A DNA stretch of 64,000 bases. Source: Cystobasidiomycetes sp. EMM_F5. Taxonomy: Eukaryota. Position 1 is the stretch's first letter, and the number at the start of each line of letters is the position of its first letter. Below the pieces are notes generated by a model. The model did not search any database, had not been told where the DNA came from, and saw only the letters and a program-made list of their open reading frames with translations. The position numbers were made by a program, and so were the translations under genes. Below are positions 36,557 through 47,559 of this stretch, piece after piece. The stretch covers positions 372,001-436,000 of the forward strand of contig JBPGPT010000003.1 of the NCBI GenBank assembly GCA_051047955.1, given 5' to 3'.

Positions 36557-39500
36557 ATGCCCGGCAAGGCAGCCAAACATCATCTCGACATCCAACCGAT
36601 GGCGTCTACGAGTAAGGCGACTCTAGACATAACCGCGGCTGGATCATTCAATAATAACAGGTTGAGCCAAATTTTGTCGTCTTTGCTCATACAGCCAGTC
36701 TGATGGACATGTCACAGCAAAAGCGTATCTGCGACCACGCTGCTGATCTCCTCGCTTCCGTCCGCGTACACGTCAGAATCACTCTCTGCACTCTTGTCCT
36801 CCATCGGGCCTATAAGAACCGCCTTCGTCGTATCTACAGCAAGGGGGAACAACGATGACCAGGCTCACAAGCAAAGTAAAGGCTACGGCTTTGCGAAGTT
36901 TGTCATGAGGGATGATGCTGAAAGAGCTATTTCCGATCTCAATGGCACCCTGGTCGACGGCAGAAAAATAAGTGTAACATGGGCGAAGCGTCGACAGAGG
37001 GGTACAGCTCGCGGAGGAGAGGCAGGCTCAGAATCAGAAGAGGATGCTGTACCGAACATGGTACCAGAGTCTTCGAGACCTGCGGTCCGTAATGTGCAAA
37101 ATGCGTATGCGGACCGCAGGCAGGAAAATCGCAGTCGCGCCGCTGAAGGCTCGGATCGATACTCTGGCCCACACACGGCTGCTGATAATCGGAAGGATGC
37201 TCGTACTATCATTATTGAGGGCGGTCTGGATGCTACGTCGGCTGAGGATGCGAAGGCGCTAAGGAACCGGCTGAAGAAGGCTGTCATTGGTATAAATACC
37301 GGAGATGGTCCATTGCAATTAGCGGATGTTCAGATTGAGAGCGGCACCATCTCTGTGAACGCATCCGCTGCGCCTCCAGCTCCTGCAAACGAGGATCCTG
37401 TGGCGAGCGAGACCCATCAGAATACAACGAACGCTCCGGACAGGCAATCAGTGACACTCCTCATCTGTCCCTATGCGAAAGTTGCGGTTGCGTTGGCTCA
37501 AAAGTTGCACAACACTGTTCTCAAAGGTCGTTTGGTGCTGGCAAAGGTAAAATTCGAGAGCGATCTTCTCGTCAAGAAACCGAATGCCGAAGAGTCGCGC
37601 CTGATTGTGCGCAACTTGGCGTTTGATGTGACGGCTCTCGATATAGCATCGGTATTTGCTCCGTACGGATGCATCCACTCTATTCGCCTATTGAAAGGCT
37701 TTGGTTTCGTACATTTCCTTCGACGCCAGGACGCTCAGACGGCCCTGCAGAAGCTAAATGGCACACGCGTTTTCGCCGGAATCATACAGCAGCGAATCGA
37801 TGAAGCCGCCAACCACAAATTGTCTAGTACCGTCAGGAAAGAGCAGAAAGGACGCATCGTAGGTGTTCGCGGTCGGCCAATGGCTGTCGACTGGGCAATC
37901 AACAAGAAAGAATTCCAGAAACTTGAAAACGGTGACTTAGGCGAAGCGGAGAATTCGGAGAAAAGCAAGAATTCGAAGCATAATGAGCCTAAATCGTATG
38001 ATTCGGATACCTCTGATGACGTTGGATCCGAAGGTGAGATGGACAAAGACGAAGATATGGCATCAGAGGGGACGGACTATTCGGAAAAAGGGTCGGAGGA
38101 TGAAGATATCGCTACGGACGAGCTCGAGTCTCCGGATGAAGACGACCAGGAGCACGACGAGACAGCTCCAGATCAGGGAGTGACACTCTTCGTGCGCAAC
38201 ATACAGTTCGAGGCAACAGAGGATGAGCTCTTTGCCCTCATGAAAGCATTTGGTCCTGTCCGCTATGCTCGCATAGTGATTGATTCGGTAACGAACCGAA
38301 GTCGAGGCACTGGCTTTGTAAACTTTTACAAGGCCGAGAGCGCATTGGCTTGCCTGGAAGAGGCCCAGCGCCTGGCTGCTCAGACCGGCACAACGAGTGA
38401 CCTGTCCTCACGGAAAGACGGGAAGGTCACGGCACAGGCCCGGAGCCTCCTGACTGTCGACCCTTCGTCGGCTAGTGCAGCCAAACTCACATTGCATGGC
38501 CGTGTGCTTGGTATCTCGGAAGCTGTTTCCAAAGGCCAGGCGGACCGATTACGTGAAGACCGCGACAAAAGTGGTCAGACGAAAGACAAGCGCAATCTAT
38601 ATCTGATGCACGAAGGCAGTAAGTGCAATCTGTCTCCGTTGTGTGCGAGCAGCATTATGGTTGACAACATTTCCCAGCCATATTGCCCGAGTCTCCGTTG
38701 GCGGAAACCTTGGCTGCTGCTGATGTCCAAGCCAGGACGTCGTCTTTCGAGAGTCGCAAAGGCTTACTGCGTACAAATCCAGCACTATACGTGTCCCGAA
38801 CACGGCTGGCAATCCGGCAGATTCCCTTGTTTGTCACAGACGGTATACTTAGACGATTAGCTGGCTGGGCAATCAAGGCATTTGATACAGACGTTGAAAA
38901 GGGTCGCCGGAGTCCGCTCACTTTGGACGAATTGCGGGAGCCTGTCGCTGCTCTCGGGAGCGCAACCTTCACGACTGCAGTGGCAAAAGAAGGCTCAGCA
39001 TCCAGCAAAGCCAAAGCTGGCAAAAAGCCTTTTTTCAAAGGCAAAGATAGGTCTGGTATCAGCAAAGTACAACAGGCGAAAATTCTGCGTCAAGACGATC
39101 GAGTGGATCCGCTGACTGGATTCAAGCGGAGCAAAGGTTATGGCTTTTTGGAAATGGCTACGCATGCCGATGCCCTGAGAGTAGTCCGCTGGGCGAATGC
39201 CAATCGAGACGTGCACAAACTCCTGCACAAGTGGTGGATGGAGGATCTGCAAATCCGAATAGCGTCTTTGGAAGAGGCGGAAAAGGCTGACCCAGGCGCA
39301 AGCGTCGACAAGAAGAGACATGCAAAGAAAACAAATCCTGAGGGAGATGAAGACAATCTGGATAGTCAAGCCCGCTTGAAGCGGATGAAGGACAAATTGC
39401 AAGAATTGTTAGCTGAGGGCGACAAGGGCGCAACTGCATCCCGTCAAGGCAAGACGTTGATCATCGAGTTCTCGATTGAAAATGCGATGACAGTACGGCG

Positions 39501-39735
39501 ACGCACAGAGAAGGTGGAGAAGGCTCGCGAGCGTAGCGCGAAGCGGAAGCGGGAAGTAGGCGACGAAGGCGAGAAGCCAAGCGACCCTAAGATCGAAAGC
39601 ACTAAGCCTGTGATCGATGGTACTGCATCACCAACTGGCTTATCACCTGTTACAGCCAATGGCGGCAAGGGTTCGCTTGGCTCCATGATTGGCAAGAAAC
39701 GCAGGCTAGCGAAACAGAAACGTGGCAAGAAATAG
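36557..39735 (+). CDS. NOP4: Multi-RRM nucleolar protein Nop4/RBM28
   Basis: SKGYGFAKF, RLIVRNLAF, RPMAVDWA, acidic linker, TLFVRNIQF, DKRNLYLMHEG, SRTRLAIRQIP, SKGYGFLE, LIIEFSIEN. Confidence 0.92.
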
Positions 39736-39796
39736 TAACCTAGTATCTCTGACAAGAACTGCAAGGGATACGTTCAGCCTTCAGCATTAAAAATGT

Positions 39797-40514
39797 CTAG
39801 GCGCAAGTCATGGTGCACAGAGTGACCACAACGTTGTCTGACAGCTGCACCACTCGTTCATCCTTGGTCGTGAAGTGGTGATTGGAATACATGGTGCTCT
39901 TTGCATTCGTATCAGCCGTTGTGCATATTGGCAAGGACTGCTTGTTGGACCATGTTTCGCAATTGGCCAAAAGCGCAGAACAGATTTCGCCATTCGCATC
40001 ATCCAGCGCGAGGGGGCCAACCAAAGCTGAGCGCGCGGGTAGTCATTCCATGAGTTCAGCTGCAATGCGCTACCGCCGAAGACTATCAATACTTACCAAC
40101 ATGTGGGCTGGATCTGATCACCTTGCGTTGCGATTGAATCAGGTCGATAGCCACTGCTCGCTGATCAGTATTATCGGTCTTTTTAGCGTGCTTGAGATCA
40201 GAGAGCCATTCGCCTTGCGCCTTGCCTTCGGTGTGCGCGAATGCTTGGCTAAAACCGACTACTCGCTCGTGAGGTCCATCATGTTCAACAGCTACTTTCA
40301 TAAGCATAACATTCAAGCCTGCTTTGCGAAGCTTCTTGGCATCGCGGGCGTTACTGGCCATCGTCTTGACGAGCTTCGCCCGCTTTAAGCTGTCGTATGT
40401 GCCGTCCGGATACCACAGCCGCTCGTAGTCTGCAATGGTGGCCTCGAGGATGTTTACGATCGCGCTGGCATCAGCTACGAGCGCATTGCGAACAGTGAGT
40501 GAGGATGCAGACAT
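39797..40514 (-). CDS. Putative GNAT-family acetyltransferase
   Basis: LTVRNALVADASAI start, VVGFSQ strand, C-terminal SALLANCETWSNKQSLPI...MYSNHHF resembling degenerate GNAT motifs A/B. Confidence 0.5.
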
Positions 40515-40874
40515 CGCGCGCCGAGACCGATAATGGAAGGTGAATTGGACGAATGGATGTACCAACAGAAGCAACATACAGCAGCAGCGTGTGCAGGGGA
40601 GTATACCTCTGGCAGCGGCTGTGATGTGCAGTGCGATGGCACTGCCTAAATGTCGAAAGCCATCGGTATTGTTCCGGACCATACTGGAGCAACTACGTCA
40701 GATGTGCAGATATTCAAGGTAATCGCAGTTGGGGCCATTATGCTGAAATGCTGCATCAGAGATGTGGAATGGGCTAGCTACACGATTATTGGATGTAATA
40801 TGGAGATTCTCTCAAATAAGTATCGATTGCTGGTGTTTTGTGTTGAATAGAATGAGCCATCGGAATTTGCGTTC

Positions 40875-41821
40875 TTAGATAGAGGTCGGTGTGCCGATGC
40901 CTGATCGCTCGATGAGCATCTTCTCCCATCGCAAGGCCTGCGTTCGTCGTGAGTGTGTTAGTAGCAGGCATTCCGTTTACAAGGACGCCAGCTTACCTCG
41001 ACTATAGCCCCATCTAAAGTGACACTACGATTGAGCATACGAGTTGCAGCTGGAAATTTTCGGAAAGTCCTGCAGCCACATCCCGCTGTCAGTAGAGGAC
41101 TGATGCCTGATAAAGAATGCACCTACCACAAGAACTGTTCCCTCTTCTCCCGGTCGTCATCGATACGCGCCAACGGCAGGTACCGCTCGAATTCTTTAAT
41201 CAGATCCTGTACTGATTCACCCCGATGCTTCTCGTCTCGAAACGCTCGCACATGCAGCGCATTCAGTGCCGCTTGCTTTGTCTGCGAGCACACCAAACCG
41301 TCGAGTCGTCAGCCAAGGCAATATATGGGTTTGCATAGTCGCCATACCGCTTCGATTCGGTTGGGAGAACCGAACTTGGTCTGGATGAGTTGCAAGCAGT
41401 GGCCGAATGTTTGCTTGTATTCAACGGGTTCCAAAAGAAAGAAGCGTTCTGCTGGTGAACCGCTATCCAATGCCATTAACAATATATCGCGTCGCCGTGC
41501 GTCATCTTGTTCAGGAATGTTGGTTGCCCGCAGATACGCCAAGAACTTGTGAATCCACGTCAATGAATCTCTGATGGAAATCTCGGTGAGCGCCGCCACA
41601 TCCTGATGATCAACAGCCAAATTTCCAAAAAGACATACTCGCCAATGCTGCCGCCGAAACTGTCCAATTATGGCACAGCAAGTCGCATGAGGAGTGGATG
41701 TCAGCGGAATACAGGATCTAGAAGTCTGTCGGACCGGGTGCGAACAGAAATTTCCGCCTCATCAGTGGTGATGAGGACGCGAGGGGGCTCACGTTGGCAT
41801 TCGCAGTTCTAGGCTCGACAT
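40875..41821 (-). CDS. Intron-containing retrotransposon Gag capsid-like protein (187 aa; 201 aa from ATG 41863)
   Basis: Six phase-consistent exons (41793-41821, 41639-41659, 41348-41570, 41127-41281, 40997-41069, 40875-40937); MPTFGGSIGEDSLTWIHKF...LIQTKFG...GESVQDLIKEF...TLDGAIVEALRWE. Confidence 0.75.
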
Positions 41822-42012
41822 TGTGTAGATGTCATTTGTATTTGTTGGCGAGGTCGAAGTCATCGTGTTGGACTGCGCCGGCGACTCAAACACAAAGGCC
41901 TCTAAAACAGTTGGAGGGTGGCGGCAAGGTCCGCGATGGCGACGTGGGAAATATCGTCGAAAGATTTGTAAAGGCAGGGGCTCTCGCATGCACGTCATGT
42001 TACAACTCGTAC

Positions 42013-44249
42013 TCAAAAGTACGCTGGAGGCGGTTGCTCAAGCCTCTCGAATTGCGTCATACTGAGATCTTCTCCAAGATGCCTCTTCAGCAGCTCGTGT
42101 GTCACAAATCTGTTTAAAATCATAGAGCAGGTCAGTCTAGTCACTCGAAGAAACGGCGCTACACCCCACCTCTCTGGAGTATTGCCTTGAGCGTCAACAA
42201 ATGCAACATGGTGATTGACATCGCTAATGCGTTGTAATTCCAGTGCGTGCCGGTGATGATGAGGACACCCGTCCACACCGATGAGAAAGATTGTGACATG
42301 GGCCCAGTCCAGGCCGAGCAGATCAAGCTCGAATTCATCCATATCCGTAGCTTCTCCGTCCAGCAGCAGCAGAAGTCGCAGCATGGGCGTGTCTGGACCA
42401 GCCTGCCACCCGAGGATGGGATGGTATGTTGCTGAATCCTGATACTTGAGGAAATGCAGTTCCTTGACCTTCTGCCATCCAGTCATAACCTACTCCTACT
42501 ATTTTAGCTGATTCGCATATACGAAGCGGCATAATACTCACCCTCGTACCACCTCCAATTCTGATGTTATTCCACATATATTCGAAATTAGAGTGCTTAA
42601 TCTGTCCGATATGCTCCGCACTGTTTGCAAAGGTTACTAAATCATATCCTTCGTGAGCATGATCTCGGTTCGCCATCGCGTCAGTAAAGCGACGGATGAT
42701 AGCCTTGGCGACTGCTTTGTTCTTTGGCTGGGTCGAATTATCCCATCCTGTTACTAGATACTGACTGTAGATCGGTCTTCTCGGCGTAAAATCCATCGAG
42801 CCCGAAACATCCAACAGAATCATCGTATCATCTGACGCACTCTCGGGTCTGTCAAAGGCACGAAATGGTCTTGGCATGACTTGACGGGAATAGCCGGCAC
42901 TGGTATGCTGGAGGTGACAAGTATCTTGGTCCGAGTAGTACATCGGCGGCGGCTCGACAGCCTGTGCCATTCTTTCTCGAGCCATATTCATCGCGGAGAT
43001 AAAGTCCGGTTTGAGTCTTTGAACATGCTGGGCGTCTTCGCGATGATTCAATACCCAGTACAATCTTTCCTCGGCGGTATCTTCGTAACCTCTCCAGGAT
43101 GGGGTGATACCACGCCAGCCAGCTGCGCCATCGATGCTGAATTTGAGAGGGTTTCCATTCATCGTTGCCCATGCAACTGGTATAGGTTCGAAATACCCGG
43201 CTCGCAACAGGTGAAGATATTGAATAGGCTGGTAGGCGCGCAGATGAGCAATCTTGCTCTTCATACCAGTCTTGACATGATAGACGGCTACAATGTGACG
43301 CCATTCTTCAGTAGGCCACCTCCCGTTTTCCTCAGCCAGTATTGCGTTACGGAGTTCAGCAGAAGCTTGCTGAGCACGAGCGTTGGACATCTGCTGCTTC
43401 TCCTCGACAGACTTCATGCCCAGTGCCTTCTTGAATGTTGTAAAGCGTTTGGAAGAAGCTGGCGCTGGGACTGTTAACCCGCTGTTCGGTGGAGCTTCGG
43501 TATCCTGAACAGACTGCTTCTTTTCCGTCCTTGCGGCTGCAGCTTTTGCATCTGAGGTAGACGCGCTTGGTAGTTGTTCGTCAATTCCGCTGTCCCAGAT
43601 GGATGTCTTAGGCTCCAAGGCGTCGACCGCCATCTGCGCTTTCTGGTTCAATTCGTTGTTCAACTTGATGGTCTGTCGGATGAATGTGAAATGAGCGTCC
43701 GGCCTGGGAAATTGGCCAAACATGCTCGGCATCATATTGTAGCCATACGGAGACATGACCTTGTACTGATACGGGTTGCGACTCAGTAGGGACATGGATC
43801 CATTCCGATTCCACAGGTCATTGTACGATTTTTCTCCCGGATACTTTACGGCTTCTGACCACGCTTTCTGGACTGCTGAACGAGCCCATTTAGCTCGGAG
43901 ATACTCGTGCGTTGCGCAATTGCAGTAGAAGTCGACATCGTGTTCTGGCTCGATCTGGGAATGCGTGCAAGATCACATCAGCAAACGTTCGGTATGCATA
44001 ACCGAAGACTCACTTCTGAGTTGTATATACGAGATTGAAATTGCGCATTCTGTAGTAAGTTCTGCATCATTTGCTGCACGGTGTAGTATGCCAACTCAGT
44101 TTCACGACACTACAAGCTTGCTTTTCTGCGAGGCAGACCTCATCTCTGGCACGAACAAGGCCAACCTCGATGACAGGATTCGTGTAGTGGAGGTTGCTTC
44201 GCTGATCACGGAGATCTTCCTCTCTGCGAGCGGCTCGAGCGGCTTTCAT
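42013..44249 (-). CDS. von Willebrand factor A domain-containing protein
   Basis: MILLDVSGSM (MIDAS DxSxS), GGGT, LLLLDGEATD, IFLIGV; 5' exons inferred back to ATG 44249. Confidence 0.75.
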
Positions 44250-44628
44250 GTTGGAATGCTTTGTGACCAGCATGATTTCGTTGCGAGCTTAGACGTGTTG
44301 AGATGGAATCAAGATGTTATGGGAAAGAGACGAAGCTCGTCAGATGCATTCTCTTTTGAATATCAGCTGAGGTAAAGTGGTGGCAATGCCGATGCTATTT
44401 CCGGAAAGAATCGTATATGGTGGCAGTGCGTTTGCGACCCACAAACGAAGTGAATGACCATTGAGGTCGCACATATACACCGGAATCAAACGAGCTATGC
44501 TTCTCGTGAAGACAATGCAGAAGGTCTTACGATCTTCAAGTTGTTTTGTGGGGTACGCGTGACCTGGACAAGACGTCGACGGTGCGTGTCTGGAGAGACA
44601 AAAGACAAGGTCCAATCTGCTCAGTACC

Positions 44629-45147
44629 ATGCTAGACTTGCATCGACCAGAACTACAAGTCATTGTCGAACCATTCAGACTCATTCTGCTGGCTTTCGAA
44701 GCGGACGCCGAATTGCCTCAATCAGCAAAGCAAGCTCTCTACAAGCCAGTCAAGGAATTCTACTCCCTGCAACGAACGTCTTCGGAGATTAGTATACTAT
44801 GCGTGCCAGAACAAGCAAATCTCATCATGTCAGAGTTGACCGTGAAGGCCAAACAGCAAACGCTGGGATCTGACGAGGACAGAAGGCCTTGGAGGGTCAT
44901 TCGAATTCGAGGTCCTATGGATCTTACAATGGCGAGCAGCGACTATTTAGATGAGCTTATCATGGTCTCTGCTGACCTCTTGCAACAGACGGGCGTGATG
45001 GCATCCTTTGCGACCGCATTAGCCAACGCCAATATTGCGTTATTGGCACAGAGCACATATCTGACCGACTACGTGCTCGTGCGACAGGACGAGCTCGATT
45101 CTGCATTGGCAGCGTTGGCAAAAGCTGGCTGGAGCGTAGCCAAATGA
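44629..45147 (+). CDS. ACT-domain protein (CASTOR/ACT_7-like)
   Basis: FYSLQRTSSEISI, WRVIRIRGPMDLT, GVMASFATALANANIALLAQSTYLTDYVLV. Confidence 0.82.
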   Translation: MLDLHRPELQVIVEPFRLILLAFEADAELPQSAKQALYKPVKEFYSLQRTSSEISILCVPEQANLIMSELTVKAKQQTLGSDEDRRPWRVIRIRGPMDLTMASSDYLDELIMVSADLLQQTGVMASFATALANANIALLAQSTYLTDYVLVRQDELDSALAALAKAGWSVAK

Positions 45148-45517
45148 AGAGTTCCATTCATGAAATAATAAGCGCGTTTAAGGCACAGCAGTAGAGTAGA
45201 CAACTGGTGAGGGAGAGTAGCCGCGCCGTTGGGTCATAGTCGCACAGAGCGTTACAGGTCTTGAATGCACCAGCCCAGGTTTCCGCATCCTGACAATGAA
45301 TTTCTGGGTGTTCCGACTCGATTGGCCCTTTGAACCGTGACCACCAGGGGCAGCACAGGTTGCTTCGAAATCGAAACTGCAATAAGCCTGCCGAATAACC
45401 AAGCAGCCGGTGCACTCGCTGGCACTCATAGGCTGCCATCTGGGCACCGACGCCTGTATTCAGGGAATTCGTGGTGACCGCACGGGCCGCAGCAGCGCTC
45501 AGGCGTAAACAGGCGTA

Positions 45518-47168
45518 ATGTGAGTCTGGTCAAGGCCTAAAATGTAACGAGGGGACTGCTGATGTTGTTGTACCTTCAGGGTCGCTCCAATGAGCTCGGG
45601 AATCGGCATGTGTGTTTCGAGTAATTCAAGCTAGGATCCTGACAGCCGAAACTGACGAACCAATGAATCTAAAACTCATGCACAATGACACGCCGACAGA
45701 GCCAGTCAGTCATCTTGACGGCACTCTCCCTGCAAACGGCGTTTATTGGCTGACATTCTATCGCCATTTGCGCTGCACTCCGCCACAGACCTGCCAAACC
45801 AAAGGCACCGTATCGTCGCACGCCGCGGAGCACACTTCACTTTAATGGTGGTCGGAGAGTCCGGTCTAGGAAAGACGACACTCATCAATACGCTCTTCTC
45901 TACCGAGCTCGCCTCTGGAAAGGACTATGTTCGAAGGCATACAAAGCAGCTCGAGGACAAGTATACCGAGATTGACATTGTCAAGGCCGAACTGGAAGAG
46001 AAGCAGTTCAAAGTCAAGCTCACAGTTATTGATACTCCGGGCTTCGGCGACTATGTCAACAACAAGGATTCCTGGACGCCCATCATTGATTTTATCGACG
46101 ATCAACACGAGAGCCACATGCGCCAGGAGCAGCAGCCGGATAGAGCGGACAAGACAGATATGCGCGTCCATGCTTGTCTTTACTTCATCCGTCCAACAGG
46201 TCACGCGTACGCATTCTTTCCACCCTCCCGTTTTGTCTTTAAGCTCATGACATCTACTGCGCCCATCCAGCTTGAAACCTCTGGACCTTGAAATCATGAA
46301 GCGATTAGGCTCGCGGGTCAACTTGATACCGGTCATCGCAAAAGCAGATACTATGACGCCCAAGGATCTTATGACCTTCAAGCAACGCGTGGGTGCATCC
46401 TCGTTTCTTTTGCTGATGAGCGTTACTGAAGCAAGATGCATAGGTACGAGAAACTCTTACCGCGCAAAATGTACGCATCTACACCCCTCCAGTCGAACCG
46501 GATGATCCACAAGCTGCAGAACACGCGAGAAACTTGATTGTAAGTCCTCGCGGGTGCATTAGGTAGCCAGGCTGACGTACTTTGTACGGCAGTCTTCAAT
46601 GCCATTCTCGATCATTGGCTCGACACAGGATGTCGTGACTGGCGATGGCAGACAGGTAAAAGGACGCCAGTATCTCTGGGGTGTTGCTGAAGGTCTTTCG
46701 TTTTTCATTCGAAATCATCGGACTGCACTGACGACGTACTCGCTGTTTACAGTCGAGAATGAGGAGCATTGCGATTTCAAGAAGCTGCGCTCGCTGTTGA
46801 TCCGCACGCACATGCTGGATCTCATAACAACGACCGAGGAGGGTCATTACGAATCGTATCGCACTACGCAGATGGAGACTCGCAAATACGGAGAAGCCAA
46901 GGTTCGCAAGATGGACAATCCCAAGTTCAAGGAGGAAGAAGAGGCTCTCCGGCGTCGTTTTACTGAACAGGTCAAGCTTGAAGAAGCTCGCTTCCGGCAA
47001 TGGGAACAGCACCTCATCGCCGAGCGAGACAGACTCAACAAAGACCTTGAGCAGTCTCATAGCGCCATCAAGGCTGTAGAGGCTGAACTTGACAGTATGC
47101 AGCATATGAGTGCAGCAGCATATGCAGGCTCATCAATGTCGGCACGGGGCACTGGAGCGCGAAGATAG
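45518..47168 (+). CDS. CDC12: Septin, Cdc12 group
   Basis: [74 protein letters not shown] coiled coil. Confidence 0.92.
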
Positions 47169-47559
47169 ACCATCGGAGAACGTCCCCACGCAGCGGCTGC
47201 AGACCACGCAATTCCATCATGTTGCAGCTCGCTTTTCTCCTTCTGCGCGCCGTGCCTTGCCGCTGATATACACATATCTCCGCACACGGCTTTGATTAGT
47301 CAGGGTCTCTGGGTATGCAGCATGCAGTCAGCAGAAGTATACGTGTTGTGACCTGTTATGACCTGGAATTCCGTAATGCATATGCTTATTCGTCAGTGAC
47401 AGGCGTATTTCTCAGTTCGTCTTCACTGTATGTCAAATTCTCCGCGATGCTCCTTTCAAACGGTACATGAGGTACTGATACTGAGGGACTGACGGGCGAA
47501 GGAGGATCGAAGTTAATTGTATCATAGACTCAAGGTGTCGAAGAAGCGATCTATGGTGA

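Noticed and set aside
40800..42000. Active LTR retrotransposon
   Set aside because: No LTRs, primer-binding site, protease, RT or integrase, and the Gag-like gene carries five introns
43960..44100. Intronic snoRNA upstream of the vWA ORF
   Set aside because: Explained by a 48-nt in-frame coding exon (NLLQNAQFQSRIYNSE) with normal splice sites
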